Source: Patescibacteria group bacterium (GTDB lineage Bacteria > Patescibacteriota > UBA1384 > XYA2-FULL-43-10). From it: 32,000 nt of DNA. Below, piece by piece: positions 8,705 to 19,066 of this stretch (position 1 is its first letter; each line of letters starts with the position of its first letter). The stretch lies in the NCBI GenBank assembly GCA_041674405.1, contig JBAYVT010000001.1, positions 180,001 to 212,000 of the forward strand, given 5' to 3'. A program made the translations under genes and the position numbers. Under the pieces are notes generated by a model. It was not told the origin of the DNA. It saw only the letters and a program-made list of their open reading frames with translations, and did no database searches.

Positions 8705-9934
8705 TTATTTGTTGGCTAGCACAACAGAAATTGAGGAAGGAGAAACTGAATTTACCGTCACTCCCTGTGGAACTTTTATATCAGAAGCATTAATATCATA
8801 AGAATATGTGCCGGAGGGTTTGCCTGAAAAATCGATAGACAACGACACGTCACCCGCACCGAGATTATTGATCTCCGACTGAGGCCCAGAAACGACCGCA
8901 TTTATTGCTTGGGGCGTAAAACTAAAATTCAGATTGTTTAAGTTTAAGGGAATAATTGTAACCGGCATTTGCCGTGTAATTATGTTTTCTGATGCAACAA
9001 TATTTACCTTAACAGAGGCGACCTGTCCGGGATCAAGCGCGATTCCATCAGGAATCACAATACTTGCGGTTTTATCCGTTGACCCGTTAAGCCCGCTAAC
9101 ATCTATCAGGCTGGTCTCAAGAAAACTTAAGGCTAGAAGGGCAGACTCTGACCCCGTTACATCCACCGTGTTTGGGAGAACGCTCACCTTTGAGATATAA
9201 AAACCATCTTGCGGATTTCCGATAATTTTCGGCCTTATGCCTACGGTTTTATTGTTTCCAGCCCTTACCATAGACACGGAAACTTTGATATCCATCGGAT
9301 TGAATACAACATTTGTAATTTCATTGCCCTGGTCGTCAAAAGCCTGGACTTTGATGGTTTTTTCAAAATTATTTGCTTCCCCAGAAAGCCCAATGACTAC
9401 AACTCCCTCTGAGATCCCTTCTACAATGCTCTTCGGGCCAGAAACAACAACACTTTCGGGATCATAAGTAACATCACCCACAACCATGCCCTCGGCCGGA
9501 GAACCTTGAATTTTTCTATTTACATTGATGGTTTTATTGATGGATGGTTCTAGGCTGACCATAATTTTGTCGGGTGTTTTTTTGACAATTTGAACTCCCT
9601 CCACCGTGCTGATCACACTTATGGGTAGGTTGTATGTTCCCTCAGACAAGCCGGTTAAATCCACGGTGGCGCGGAAAGAATCAGCAGAAAGCTTGTTCCA
9701 AACAGCTGGTTCCGCAGATATTTGAATCTCAACTTCTTTTTCATCATATATGGGTATGAGCCCTGTCTGAATATTTTCGGCTTTGATCGAAATTTTTGAA
9801 GGAAATTTGCCGGTGGTGCTTTGTCCTGACGCAACATAAACCCACAGCACCAGCGCGGCAAGAATACATATTAGCTTCACCGGCCAATCTGATAGTATAT
9901 ACCTTTTGATAAATTTTCGAGGTTTGAATTTCAT
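8705..9934 (-). CDS. YbbR-domain protein (CdaR-like)
   Basis: N-terminal TM 'WPVKLICILAALVLWVYVASGQ' followed by repeated YbbR-type beta repeats ('VVSGPKSIVEGI', 'TVDVTGSESAL', 'VVSGPQSEINNLG'); directly downstream of cdaA. Confidence 0.88.
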   Translation of the reverse strand: MKFKPRKFIKRYILSDWPVKLICILAALVLWVYVASGQSTTGKFPSKISIKAENIQTGLIPIYDEKEVEIQISAEPAVWNKLSADSFRATVDLTGLSEGTYNLPISVISTVEGVQIVKKTPDKIMVSLEPSINKTINVNRKIQGSPAEGMVVGDVTYDPESVVVSGPKSIVEGISEGVVVIGLSGEANNFEKTIKVQAFDDQGNEITNVVFNPMDIKVSVSMVRAGNNKTVGIRPKIIGNPQDGFYISKVSVLPNTVDVTGSESALLALSFLETSLIDVSGLNGSTDKTASIVIPDGIALDPGQVASVKVNIVASENIITRQMPVTIIPLNLNNLNFSFTPQAINAVVSGPQSEINNLGAGDVSLSIDFSGKPSGTYSYDINASDIKVPQGVTVNSVSPSSISVVLANK

Positions 9935-10744
9935 CTACTTTCCACTCCTCAGAAGTGATCTTAAACGATTTTCTAGCCGGTCGCTGCCGATTCTTCTCTC
10001 AATCGCCCCATCCGCAGCAAGTGAAACATTGCCAGTTTCCTCCGACACAATTACAGATACCGCATCAGAATTTTCGGTTATTCCAAGACCAGCCCGATGT
10101 CTTGTTCCCATTTTTGATGATGCCTCAAAATCGGATACTGGCAGGGTAACCGATGCGGCAACTATTTTCGATCCGGAAATTATGACGGCTCCATCGTGCA
10201 GCGGGGATCGAGGAAAAAATATCGAAAGGAGTAACTCGGCGGATACTACGGCATCTAGCTCGGCCCCTCGTTCAATATATTCCCGAAGACCGGTTTTGCG
10301 CTGAAAAACGATCAAAGCGCCAATTTTTTGTTTGGACAAAATATCTACCGCCGCAAGAACTTCGTTCACTACATTAAGCTGTGTACCGCGGCCAAAATCT
10401 TTGATAAATCTGGTCCGGCCAAGCCGCTCAAGGGCGTTTCGAAGCTCGGGCTGGAAAACAATTGGAATTGCAACAACAAGCATCGCCATAATATATTGGA
10501 GAATCCAATTTAATAGTACCAGATTCATTAATCTGCCAATCAACATAAGAGCTAGGAGAAAAAATAGGCCATAGAGGATTCTCATCGCTCGCGTTTCTCG
10601 CAGAAAAATATAAGCCCAATAAAAAAGAACCGTCACTATAAACACATCGAGAATTATGAGAGGCCACGAAGTAGCATGGAGGTTCTCAAAAAAATAACTA
10701 GCCTTTGATGTAACACTTAGGACTTGACCAGACATTGAATCCAC
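9935..10744 (-). CDS. cdaA: Membrane diadenylate cyclase (DisA_N / DAC domain)
   Basis: N-terminal TM helices, 'ALIVFQRKTGLREYIERG', 'PLHDGAVII', 'MGTRHRAGLGITE' (DGA and RHR catalytic motifs). TAG stop abuts ATG of the next gene (0-bp gap). Confidence 0.94.
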   Translation of the reverse strand: MDSMSGQVLSVTSKASYFFENLHATSWPLIILDVFIVTVLFYWAYIFLRETRAMRILYGLFFLLALMLIGRLMNLVLLNWILQYIMAMLVVAIPIVFQPELRNALERLGRTRFIKDFGRGTQLNVVNEVLAAVDILSKQKIGALIVFQRKTGLREYIERGAELDAVVSAELLLSIFFPRSPLHDGAVIISGSKIVAASVTLPVSDFEASSKMGTRHRAGLGITENSDAVSVIVSEETGNVSLAADGAIERRIGSDRLENRLRSLLRSGK

Positions 10745-10832
10745 TGAAAAATCCCTCTGTTGTAATAAATGAATACACTATCATTTTACCACAAGCAGAA
10801 TTTGATGCAAAAAATACGGGTAGACCCCTTTC

Positions 10833-10902
10833 GTCGTAATTTTCAACGACTCATCAGAACACTTATGTGTTGAGGGGTGGACGAACAGCAAATGTCCGCC
10901 CC
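10833..10902. terminator. Run of hairpins 3' of the G/C-rich orphan gene
   Basis: GGGGTGGAC (10874-10882)/GTCCGCCCC (10894-10902) 9-bp stem with one GU; AACAC (10858-10862)/GTGTT (10867-10871); GTCGT...ACGAC about 10833-10850. Confidence 0.45.
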
Positions 10903-10910
10903 GGGCAGGC

Positions 10911-11402
10911 TTAGGCCTCCTCCATGACCTGAGCCAGAGTCAGAAACTCCTTGTCCCGACTAAACGACTCGAATCCCATCGGGACATCATTCTCCCGCCG
11001 CAGCTTAAGTACGCCGTGGCGTTCGAGAGCCACACCCATGGTGACGGCAAGGTCGCACAAGGCTACGGCATCTTCCCCCTTGCAAACCCCGAAGTCCACC
11101 ATGAAGCTTCTCGTGACCAGCTCACACAGCGTGAAGCAGCACTCCGTGCTTGGCTGGCCCCACTCTTCCAGTGTCGGCCTCGGATGTTCTGCCGCCGCCT
11201 CCGGCTTTTGCACCTTGTGGCGTGCTGCAAAATCATCGAGGATTCCGACAATCTTCTCCCAGTCTGCCACATCTTCCGCACGGGAAGATTCTTTCAGTGG
11301 CAGAAGTGAGAGATAGATACTTGCCAGCAGCCCCTCGAACTCTTCATACCTGAAGTCGGTGTGGGGCATCGTCCCGACATTCAGTTGGGCTTCTTCGCCC
11401 AT
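10911..11402 (-). CDS. Hypothetical protein, visibly G/C-rich orphan gene
   Basis: Minus strand has AAAGGAG 8 nt before ATG at 11402 (MGEEAQLNVG...). Composition differs sharply from both flanks. No family recognised. Confidence 0.75.
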   Translation of the reverse strand: MGEEAQLNVGTMPHTDFRYEEFEGLLASIYLSLLPLKESSRAEDVADWEKIVGILDDFAARHKVQKPEAAAEHPRPTLEEWGQPSTECCFTLCELVTRSFMVDFGVCKGEDAVALCDLAVTMGVALERHGVLKLRRENDVPMGFESFSRDKEFLTLAQVMEEA

Positions 11403-11439
11403 TGGGCACCACTCCTTTATCACTCGAGTTTCGCACTAG

Positions 11440-11468
11440 ACAATACAAGATTTATCCTTTAATGTCAA
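11440..11468 (-). promoter_or_regulatory. Candidate sigma70-type promoter for the orphan gene: TTGACA-17-TATTGT
   Basis: Plus-strand TGTCAA 11463-11468 and ACAATA 11440-11445; exact 17-bp spacing; start codon about 38 bp downstream. Confidence 0.6.
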
Positions 11469-11490
11469 GGATCAATCAGTAATTCAGACT

Positions 11491-11524
11491 AATAAAAAAG
11501 ATCGAGAACTCGATCTTTTTTATT
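11491..11524. terminator. Bidirectional intrinsic terminator after infB
   Basis: AATAAAAAAGATCGAG-AA-CTCGATCTTTTTTATT, 16-bp perfect inverted repeat with T-run on both strands. Confidence 0.93.
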
Positions 11525-11546
11525 ATTTCCGAAAAGATATTATTTG

Positions 11547-13448
11547 TTATTCTATCGTTCTGGGTTTTTCGATAGTTTTGAAAATGATAATTTTATCACC
11601 TACAGCAATCTTTGCTCCGGCATCCGCACCAAATCCAAACTCAATTCCGGCATCAACTTCTTTAACCTCGTCCTTTTCTCTTCGCAATGAGAGAATTTTT
11701 CCTCGCCACTTTTCATTGTCATTTTGGAAAACCTTGATTTCATTTCCAATGGCAGCTTTTCCACCATCAAGCCTTGCGCCAGCAACTACACCTTTCTTGT
11801 CATCACGGAATATTGCCAAAATCTCGCCGCCTCCAAGCTCATCTTCAATAATTTCTGGAGGAAGCATACCAGAAAGTGCCCCCTTAACATCTTCAATAAG
11901 TTTATAAATAACATCATACAGCTCTACTGGGATCTTTTCTTTTTCAGCAATTTTTAGAGCTGCCTGAAGCACTTTGACTCGAAAACCAATAATGATTGCT
12001 TTGGTCGCCTTAGCAAATGTAATATCTGATTCTGAAATCGTGCCAATTCCTTCGGATACGACATTCATTTTAATTTCTTGGGTATCGATTTCGTTAAATG
12101 ACTTCTTGATTGCTTGTAGCGATCCGTTTACATCTGCCTTTAGAACAATGTTTAATTCCTTGGATTTTCCAGTGGCAATATCGTCCGCCACCTCCTCAAT
12201 TCCAACTTTTTGTGCCGTAGCAACATGAGCAATACTTATGCTTTCTTTGATCTGCGATGCTGCTTCCCTTGCTTCTTTTTCATTGTCGTAAGCAATTAAT
12301 TTGTCACCAAAAGTCGGCAATGATTTTAATCCGGCAACTCGGGCTGGAAAGCTTGGTGGAGCTGATTTGATTGGCCTTCCTTGATAATCTTCCAATATTC
12401 TAACCTTACCCCATGACGAGCCTATCTGGACGGGATCACCGACTTTCAAGGTACCATTTTCGATAAGCGCAAGCGCCAGTGCTCCGGCTCCTTTATGCAT
12501 ATGTGATTCGATAACCACTCCGACAGCCTTGTCAGAAGGATTAGCTTTTAGTTCCATAAGATCAGCTTGCAGTAAAATAAGCTCAAGTAAATTATCAATG
12601 CCAATGCCAGTTTTCGCTGAAACCTCTACCATCGGTGTTTTACCGCCCCATTCCTCTGGAACAAGTTCATATTCGGAGAGCTGTTGTTTAACTTTCATTA
12701 CATCAGCATCAGGCAGGTCAATCTTATTGATGGCGACAATCACCGGCACATGATGAAGCTTGATTTGTTCGATCACTTCCTGCGTTTGCGGCATAACTCC
12801 GTCGTTGGCCGCAACAATAAGAACGACTATGTCCGTAATTGCCGCTCCATGGCTTCGAAGGGCCGAAAAGGCTGCATGTCCAGGAGTGTCAATAAATGTG
12901 ATAGTGCGATTTTTAATGCCACTTTTTACCTTGTTTAGCGTGACTTGATAAGCAGAAATGTGCTGGGTAATTCCGCCTGATTCACCCTCGGCGACATGTG
13001 CCTCTCGGATTTTATCCAAAAGTGAAGTCTTGCCATGATCGACATGTCCCATAATAGTTACGACTGGTGGGCGAATTTCGGATCCCTCGGATGAGATTTC
13101 AATCTTTGCCTTTTCTTGCGATTCTACCGGGTTTTCTTCTTCCTTTTCCTTCACACTGATTCCAAGATCATCCGCAATGATAGCCGCTGTTTCAAAATCA
13201 ATTGTTTGGTTAATATTGGCCAATATGCCGTTTTTCATCAGTTCAGAAATAATGCTAGTTACAGGCAAGCCGGTTACGACGGCAAAATCTTTAACCGTAA
13301 TGACCGCAGGAATTAATATTTCTCCCCTACTCTCCCTAGTGGCTGTTTCCTGCATTTCAGGAATATTATTTTGGGTAGCAAAAGAGCGGCGATTCTGCGC
13401 CCGCTTTTTTTTGTCGCTCTTTTTTTGTGGATATCGTTTCTTTTGCAT
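11547..13448 (-). CDS. infB: Translation initiation factor IF-2
   Basis: 'RPPVVTIMGHVDHGKTSLLDKIR', 'DTPGHAAFSALRSHGA', 'NKIDLPDAD', C-terminal IF-2 domains; short N-terminus with one IF2_N-like segment. Confidence 0.97.
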   Translation of the reverse strand: MQKKRYPQKKSDKKKRAQNRRSFATQNNIPEMQETATRESRGEILIPAVITVKDFAVVTGLPVTSIISELMKNGILANINQTIDFETAAIIADDLGISVKEKEEENPVESQEKAKIEISSEGSEIRPPVVTIMGHVDHGKTSLLDKIREAHVAEGESGGITQHISAYQVTLNKVKSGIKNRTITFIDTPGHAAFSALRSHGAAITDIVVLIVAANDGVMPQTQEVIEQIKLHHVPVIVAINKIDLPDADVMKVKQQLSEYELVPEEWGGKTPMVEVSAKTGIGIDNLLELILLQADLMELKANPSDKAVGVVIESHMHKGAGALALALIENGTLKVGDPVQIGSSWGKVRILEDYQGRPIKSAPPSFPARVAGLKSLPTFGDKLIAYDNEKEAREAASQIKESISIAHVATAQKVGIEEVADDIATGKSKELNIVLKADVNGSLQAIKKSFNEIDTQEIKMNVVSEGIGTISESDITFAKATKAIIIGFRVKVLQAALKIAEKEKIPVELYDVIYKLIEDVKGALSGMLPPEIIEDELGGGEILAIFRDDKKGVVAGARLDGGKAAIGNEIKVFQNDNEKWRGKILSLRREKDEVKEVDAGIEFGFGADAGAKIAVGDKIIIFKTIEKPRTIE

Positions 13449-13502
13449 TTTTAAAAGCGAAAATTACCCTTTTACGCTCACTAAGAATAGCACACTTAAC
13501 CA

Positions 13503-13519
13503 CTCTTCGCAACGAAGAG
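13503..13519. repeat. Hairpin CTCTTCG-CAA-CGAAGAG between gyrA stop and infB start
   Basis: 7-bp perfect stem, 3-nt loop. Confidence 0.55.
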
Positions 13520-13573
13520 CAAACACAACATGTTTAGATCCTAGTATCGAGTAAAATAATTAGATATTTGACA

Positions 13574-16500
13574 CTAGTTATACAACCCTTTTTGCTTACC
13601 CCAGTAGTTTGGCTCATCATCCTTTTTTATTGAAGGAACCTTTTTGATCGTAAACCCAGCTTCAACTGATTTTTCCTCGTTTTTTTCTTCCCTTACTTTC
13701 ACCTCTGCTGTTTCTTTGTAATTATGGATTTCTGGAATAATTGTTTTCGAAGAATTTGATTTTTCTTCTGGCTGTTTTGTTGATTTTGTCTCCGGCACTT
13801 TTGGCTCCTTGTAGGATTTAATCTTTAATTCCGCAGCCGGATCATTCTTTTCATCTTTTTCTGCAGCTCTTTTTTCAACACTTTGCGAATTGGCAACTTC
13901 TTTTGAAGAATTATTTTTCGACTCATCGGATGATTTTGTTTCTTCTTGTGGCTTAATATCTAATTTTGGCGGTTTTCCATTATCCAGCGGAAGCTGACTG
14001 CTATCTCCTTCGTCTTCATCATTCGGCAAAATCAGGGCAACAGACGCAACCTTATCTCCTCCCTTTAATCTCATGAGCGTAACGCCCTGAGTGTCTCGGC
14101 CCAAACGTTTAATATCTTTAAGTGCCATTCTTATAAACTGGCCTTTGTTTGAAGCAAGGACAACATCTCCTTCATCAGAATAGGTAATATGCATACCGAT
14201 TACGTTACCAGTTTTCGGAGTGCAGTTAGCGGCTTTTATTCCCATTCCTCCGCGTTTCTGCAAGTGGAAATGTTTCAGCATTGTGCGTTTTCCAAATCCA
14301 TTTTCAAGAACAATTAGCATATCCGGCCCAGTATATTTGGTGATTGTTTCGTCAAATATACCCGCAAATTTGCTATGAATAACATCCATCGACATCACAT
14401 TATCGGAAGCCTTGAGCCTCACTCCGGTTACGCCGCTTGCAGATCGTCCCATTGGCCTGGCATCAGTTTCGTTATAGCAGATTGCAAGGCCTTTTTCAGA
14501 GACCTCGACAATCGTGTCGTTGCCAGAAGTTGCCTTAACCCATTTAAGCTCATCGCCAGATTTCAAGCCGATTGCAACAATGCCGGTTTTTCTTATATTG
14601 TCATACTTTTCAATTTCTGTACGCTTGATTTGGCCGTTTTTGGTCCCCATGACAAAGAATTTCATGCCGTCTTTTACTTGCGGGACAGTCAAAATTGAAG
14701 TTACTTTTTCAGTTGGACCAAGCTGGATTATGTTTACTACCGGTGTGCCTTTTGACTGGCGTGAAGTTGCCGGAAGTTCATAGACCTTACTCTTGAACAC
14801 GCGCCCTTGGTTGGTAAAAAAGTATATATCATCATGAGTATATGAGCACACCAGATAATCAACAATATCCTCTTCCTTGGTCGTCATCCCAACTACACCA
14901 ACACCGCCACGGACTTGTTTCCTGTACGTCCCAACCTCTTGGCGCTTAATGTAGTTGCCTCGGGAGAGAGAAACAATTACTTGTTCGTTCGGGATTAAAT
15001 CTTCAGCAGAGAATGATCCGAGGGCATGCGGAACGACAACTGTTCTTCTGCCGTCGCCGTATTTTTCTTTAACTTCAGAAAGATCATCTTTGATAAGCCC
15101 AAGAATTTTTTCGGGATGAGCAAGAATATCCTCAAGATGAGCAATCCTCTTCATAATTTCGGCAAGCTCATCTTCGATTCTCTTTCTCTCAAGAGCTGCT
15201 AATGCCGAAAGCCTCATGTCCAGAATAGCGTCAGCTTGTTTTTCGGAAAGCTCAAACCTTTTTATCAAATTTATTTTTGCCGCATCACGGGTTTCGGATT
15301 CTTTTATTGTCTTGATAACCTCATCGATATTATCAAGAGCAATTTTCAAGCCTTCTAAAATATGAGCCCTATCTTTGGCACGATTAAGCTCATATTCACT
15401 GCGCCTAGTAATTACTTCTTTCCGGTGTTCAATATAATAACCAAGCACATCTTTGAGTGACATCACCCTTGGTTCAAGATCGGGAGTTAAGGCAAGCAAA
15501 TTTACATGAAATGCCGTCTGCATGCTTGTAAGCTCAAATAGGCGGTTTAAAACCTTATTTGGATAAGCACTGCCCTTGAGCTCAACCACAACCCTGACCC
15601 CGCGGCGGTCTGATTCGTCTCGAAGGTCAGAAATTCCATCAATTTTTTTCAGCTTTACAAGTTCAGCAATTTTCTCGATCAAAGTTGCTTTATTTACCTG
15701 ATATGGAATTTCCGTGATCACGATACGGAAGCCGCGCTTCGCTTCTTCGATCTCAGCTTTTGCCCGCATCATAATGCGGCCCTTGCCGGTCGCATATGCT
15801 GTTTTGATATCTTCAATATTGTAGATATTTCCGCCAGTTGGAAAATCTGGCCCTTTTATAAATTCCATGAGATCATCAACAGTTGCTTCAGAATTATCAA
15901 TCAAATGTATGACACCATCACACAATTCTCCCAAATTGTGAGGTGGAATATTGGTTGCCATGCCAACGGCAATTCCCATGGAACCGTTCAACAATAGTTG
16001 CGGAATTCTTGCCGGTAATACCATTGGTTCCTGTGTCGAGCCATCATAGTTATCTTGCCAGTTGACGGTATCTTTATCGATATCAAGAAGCATTTCTTCT
16101 GCAATTGCGCTCATACGGCACTCAGTATATCGCATTGCAGCAGCAGAATCGCCATCCATAGAGCCAAAGTTTCCCTGGCCATCAATCATAGGATAACGCA
16201 TTGAAAAATCTTGAGCTAAACGCACCAAGCTATCATAAACCGCTAAATCGCCGTGTGGATGAAAATTACCAAGTACCTCACCCACGACTTTTGCCGATTT
16301 GCGGTATTTCACATTGTGGCGAAGCCCCGTTGAATACATGGCATATAATACGCGGCGGTGAACCGGTTTCAGGCCATCGCGAACATCAGGCAGTGCCCGA
16401 GAAACAATAACACTCATAGCATAATCGAGATATGAGACTTGCATTTCTTCTATCAATGACCGCGGTTTTAAAAGGCCAAATTCACTCTTGATTTCTTCCT

Positions 16501-16690
16501 CGATTACTTCGTCAGGAATTGAATCAATGTTTTCAGCTTCATGAACTTCGCCGGTATCATCAGACATATGATGAACAGGTTCAATTTCTTCGGGCTCTTC
16601 TTCAGATTCTGCTATCGAGTTATCGTCTTGTCCGGTTTGGTCTTCAGAAACATCATTGTCGTTCTTGTTTTGGTCTTTCTCTTCGTCCAT
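13574..16690 (-). CDS. gyrA: DNA gyrase subunit A with extended acidic N-terminus and long charged C-terminal tail
   Basis: 'AMSVIVSRALPDVRDGLKPVHRRVLYAM', 'HPHGDLAVYDSLVRLAQ', 'GQGNFGSMDGDSAAAMRYTE'; GyrA-box-like 'QKRGGMG'. Confidence 0.96.
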   Translation of the reverse strand: MDEEKDQNKNDNDVSEDQTGQDDNSIAESEEEPEEIEPVHHMSDDTGEVHEAENIDSIPDEVIEEEIKSEFGLLKPRSLIEEMQVSYLDYAMSVIVSRALPDVRDGLKPVHRRVLYAMYSTGLRHNVKYRKSAKVVGEVLGNFHPHGDLAVYDSLVRLAQDFSMRYPMIDGQGNFGSMDGDSAAAMRYTECRMSAIAEEMLLDIDKDTVNWQDNYDGSTQEPMVLPARIPQLLLNGSMGIAVGMATNIPPHNLGELCDGVIHLIDNSEATVDDLMEFIKGPDFPTGGNIYNIEDIKTAYATGKGRIMMRAKAEIEEAKRGFRIVITEIPYQVNKATLIEKIAELVKLKKIDGISDLRDESDRRGVRVVVELKGSAYPNKVLNRLFELTSMQTAFHVNLLALTPDLEPRVMSLKDVLGYYIEHRKEVITRRSEYELNRAKDRAHILEGLKIALDNIDEVIKTIKESETRDAAKINLIKRFELSEKQADAILDMRLSALAALERKRIEDELAEIMKRIAHLEDILAHPEKILGLIKDDLSEVKEKYGDGRRTVVVPHALGSFSAEDLIPNEQVIVSLSRGNYIKRQEVGTYRKQVRGGVGVVGMTTKEEDIVDYLVCSYTHDDIYFFTNQGRVFKSKVYELPATSRQSKGTPVVNIIQLGPTEKVTSILTVPQVKDGMKFFVMGTKNGQIKRTEIEKYDNIRKTGIVAIGLKSGDELKWVKATSGNDTIVEVSEKGLAICYNETDARPMGRSASGVTGVRLKASDNVMSMDVIHSKFAGIFDETITKYTGPDMLIVLENGFGKRTMLKHFHLQKRGGMGIKAANCTPKTGNVIGMHITYSDEGDVVLASNKGQFIRMALKDIKRLGRDTQGVTLMRLKGGDKVASVALILPNDEDEGDSSQLPLDNGKPPKLDIKPQEETKSSDESKNNSSKEVANSQSVEKRAAEKDEKNDPAAELKIKSYKEPKVPETKSTKQPEEKSNSSKTIIPEIHNYKETAEVKVREEKNEEKSVEAGFTIKKVPSIKKDDEPNYWGKQKGLYN

Positions 16691-16711
16691 ACTAGTTCCT
16701 TGTCATTTATG

Positions 16712-18826
<2,115 letters not shown>

Positions 18827-19066
18827 TCAAACTAATCCAAAAACAATAACCGTTGCAATTAATTACTTAATGTTTGCAATTTTGGCTTTGAAATTTTGAT
18901 TTTGAATTAATTATTACGTATATATTTTATCACTCGACTCCAGATTTGCCAAGCACAAAATGAATCTAAAATTCCAGAATTTACCCTCTGGAAGTAGCAA
19001 AAAGCATCACCAATTATTGTGTATAATTAGTAGGCCCATACTTGAGAATTGCTTGTTTAAAATATA

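Noticed and set aside
10951-11353. Plus-strand ORFs overlapping the G/C-rich orphan gene (10951..11316, 11016..11309, 11150..11353)
   Set aside because: High G/C lowers stop density in all frames. Only the minus-strand frame has a promoter, a well-spaced SD and balanced protein composition.
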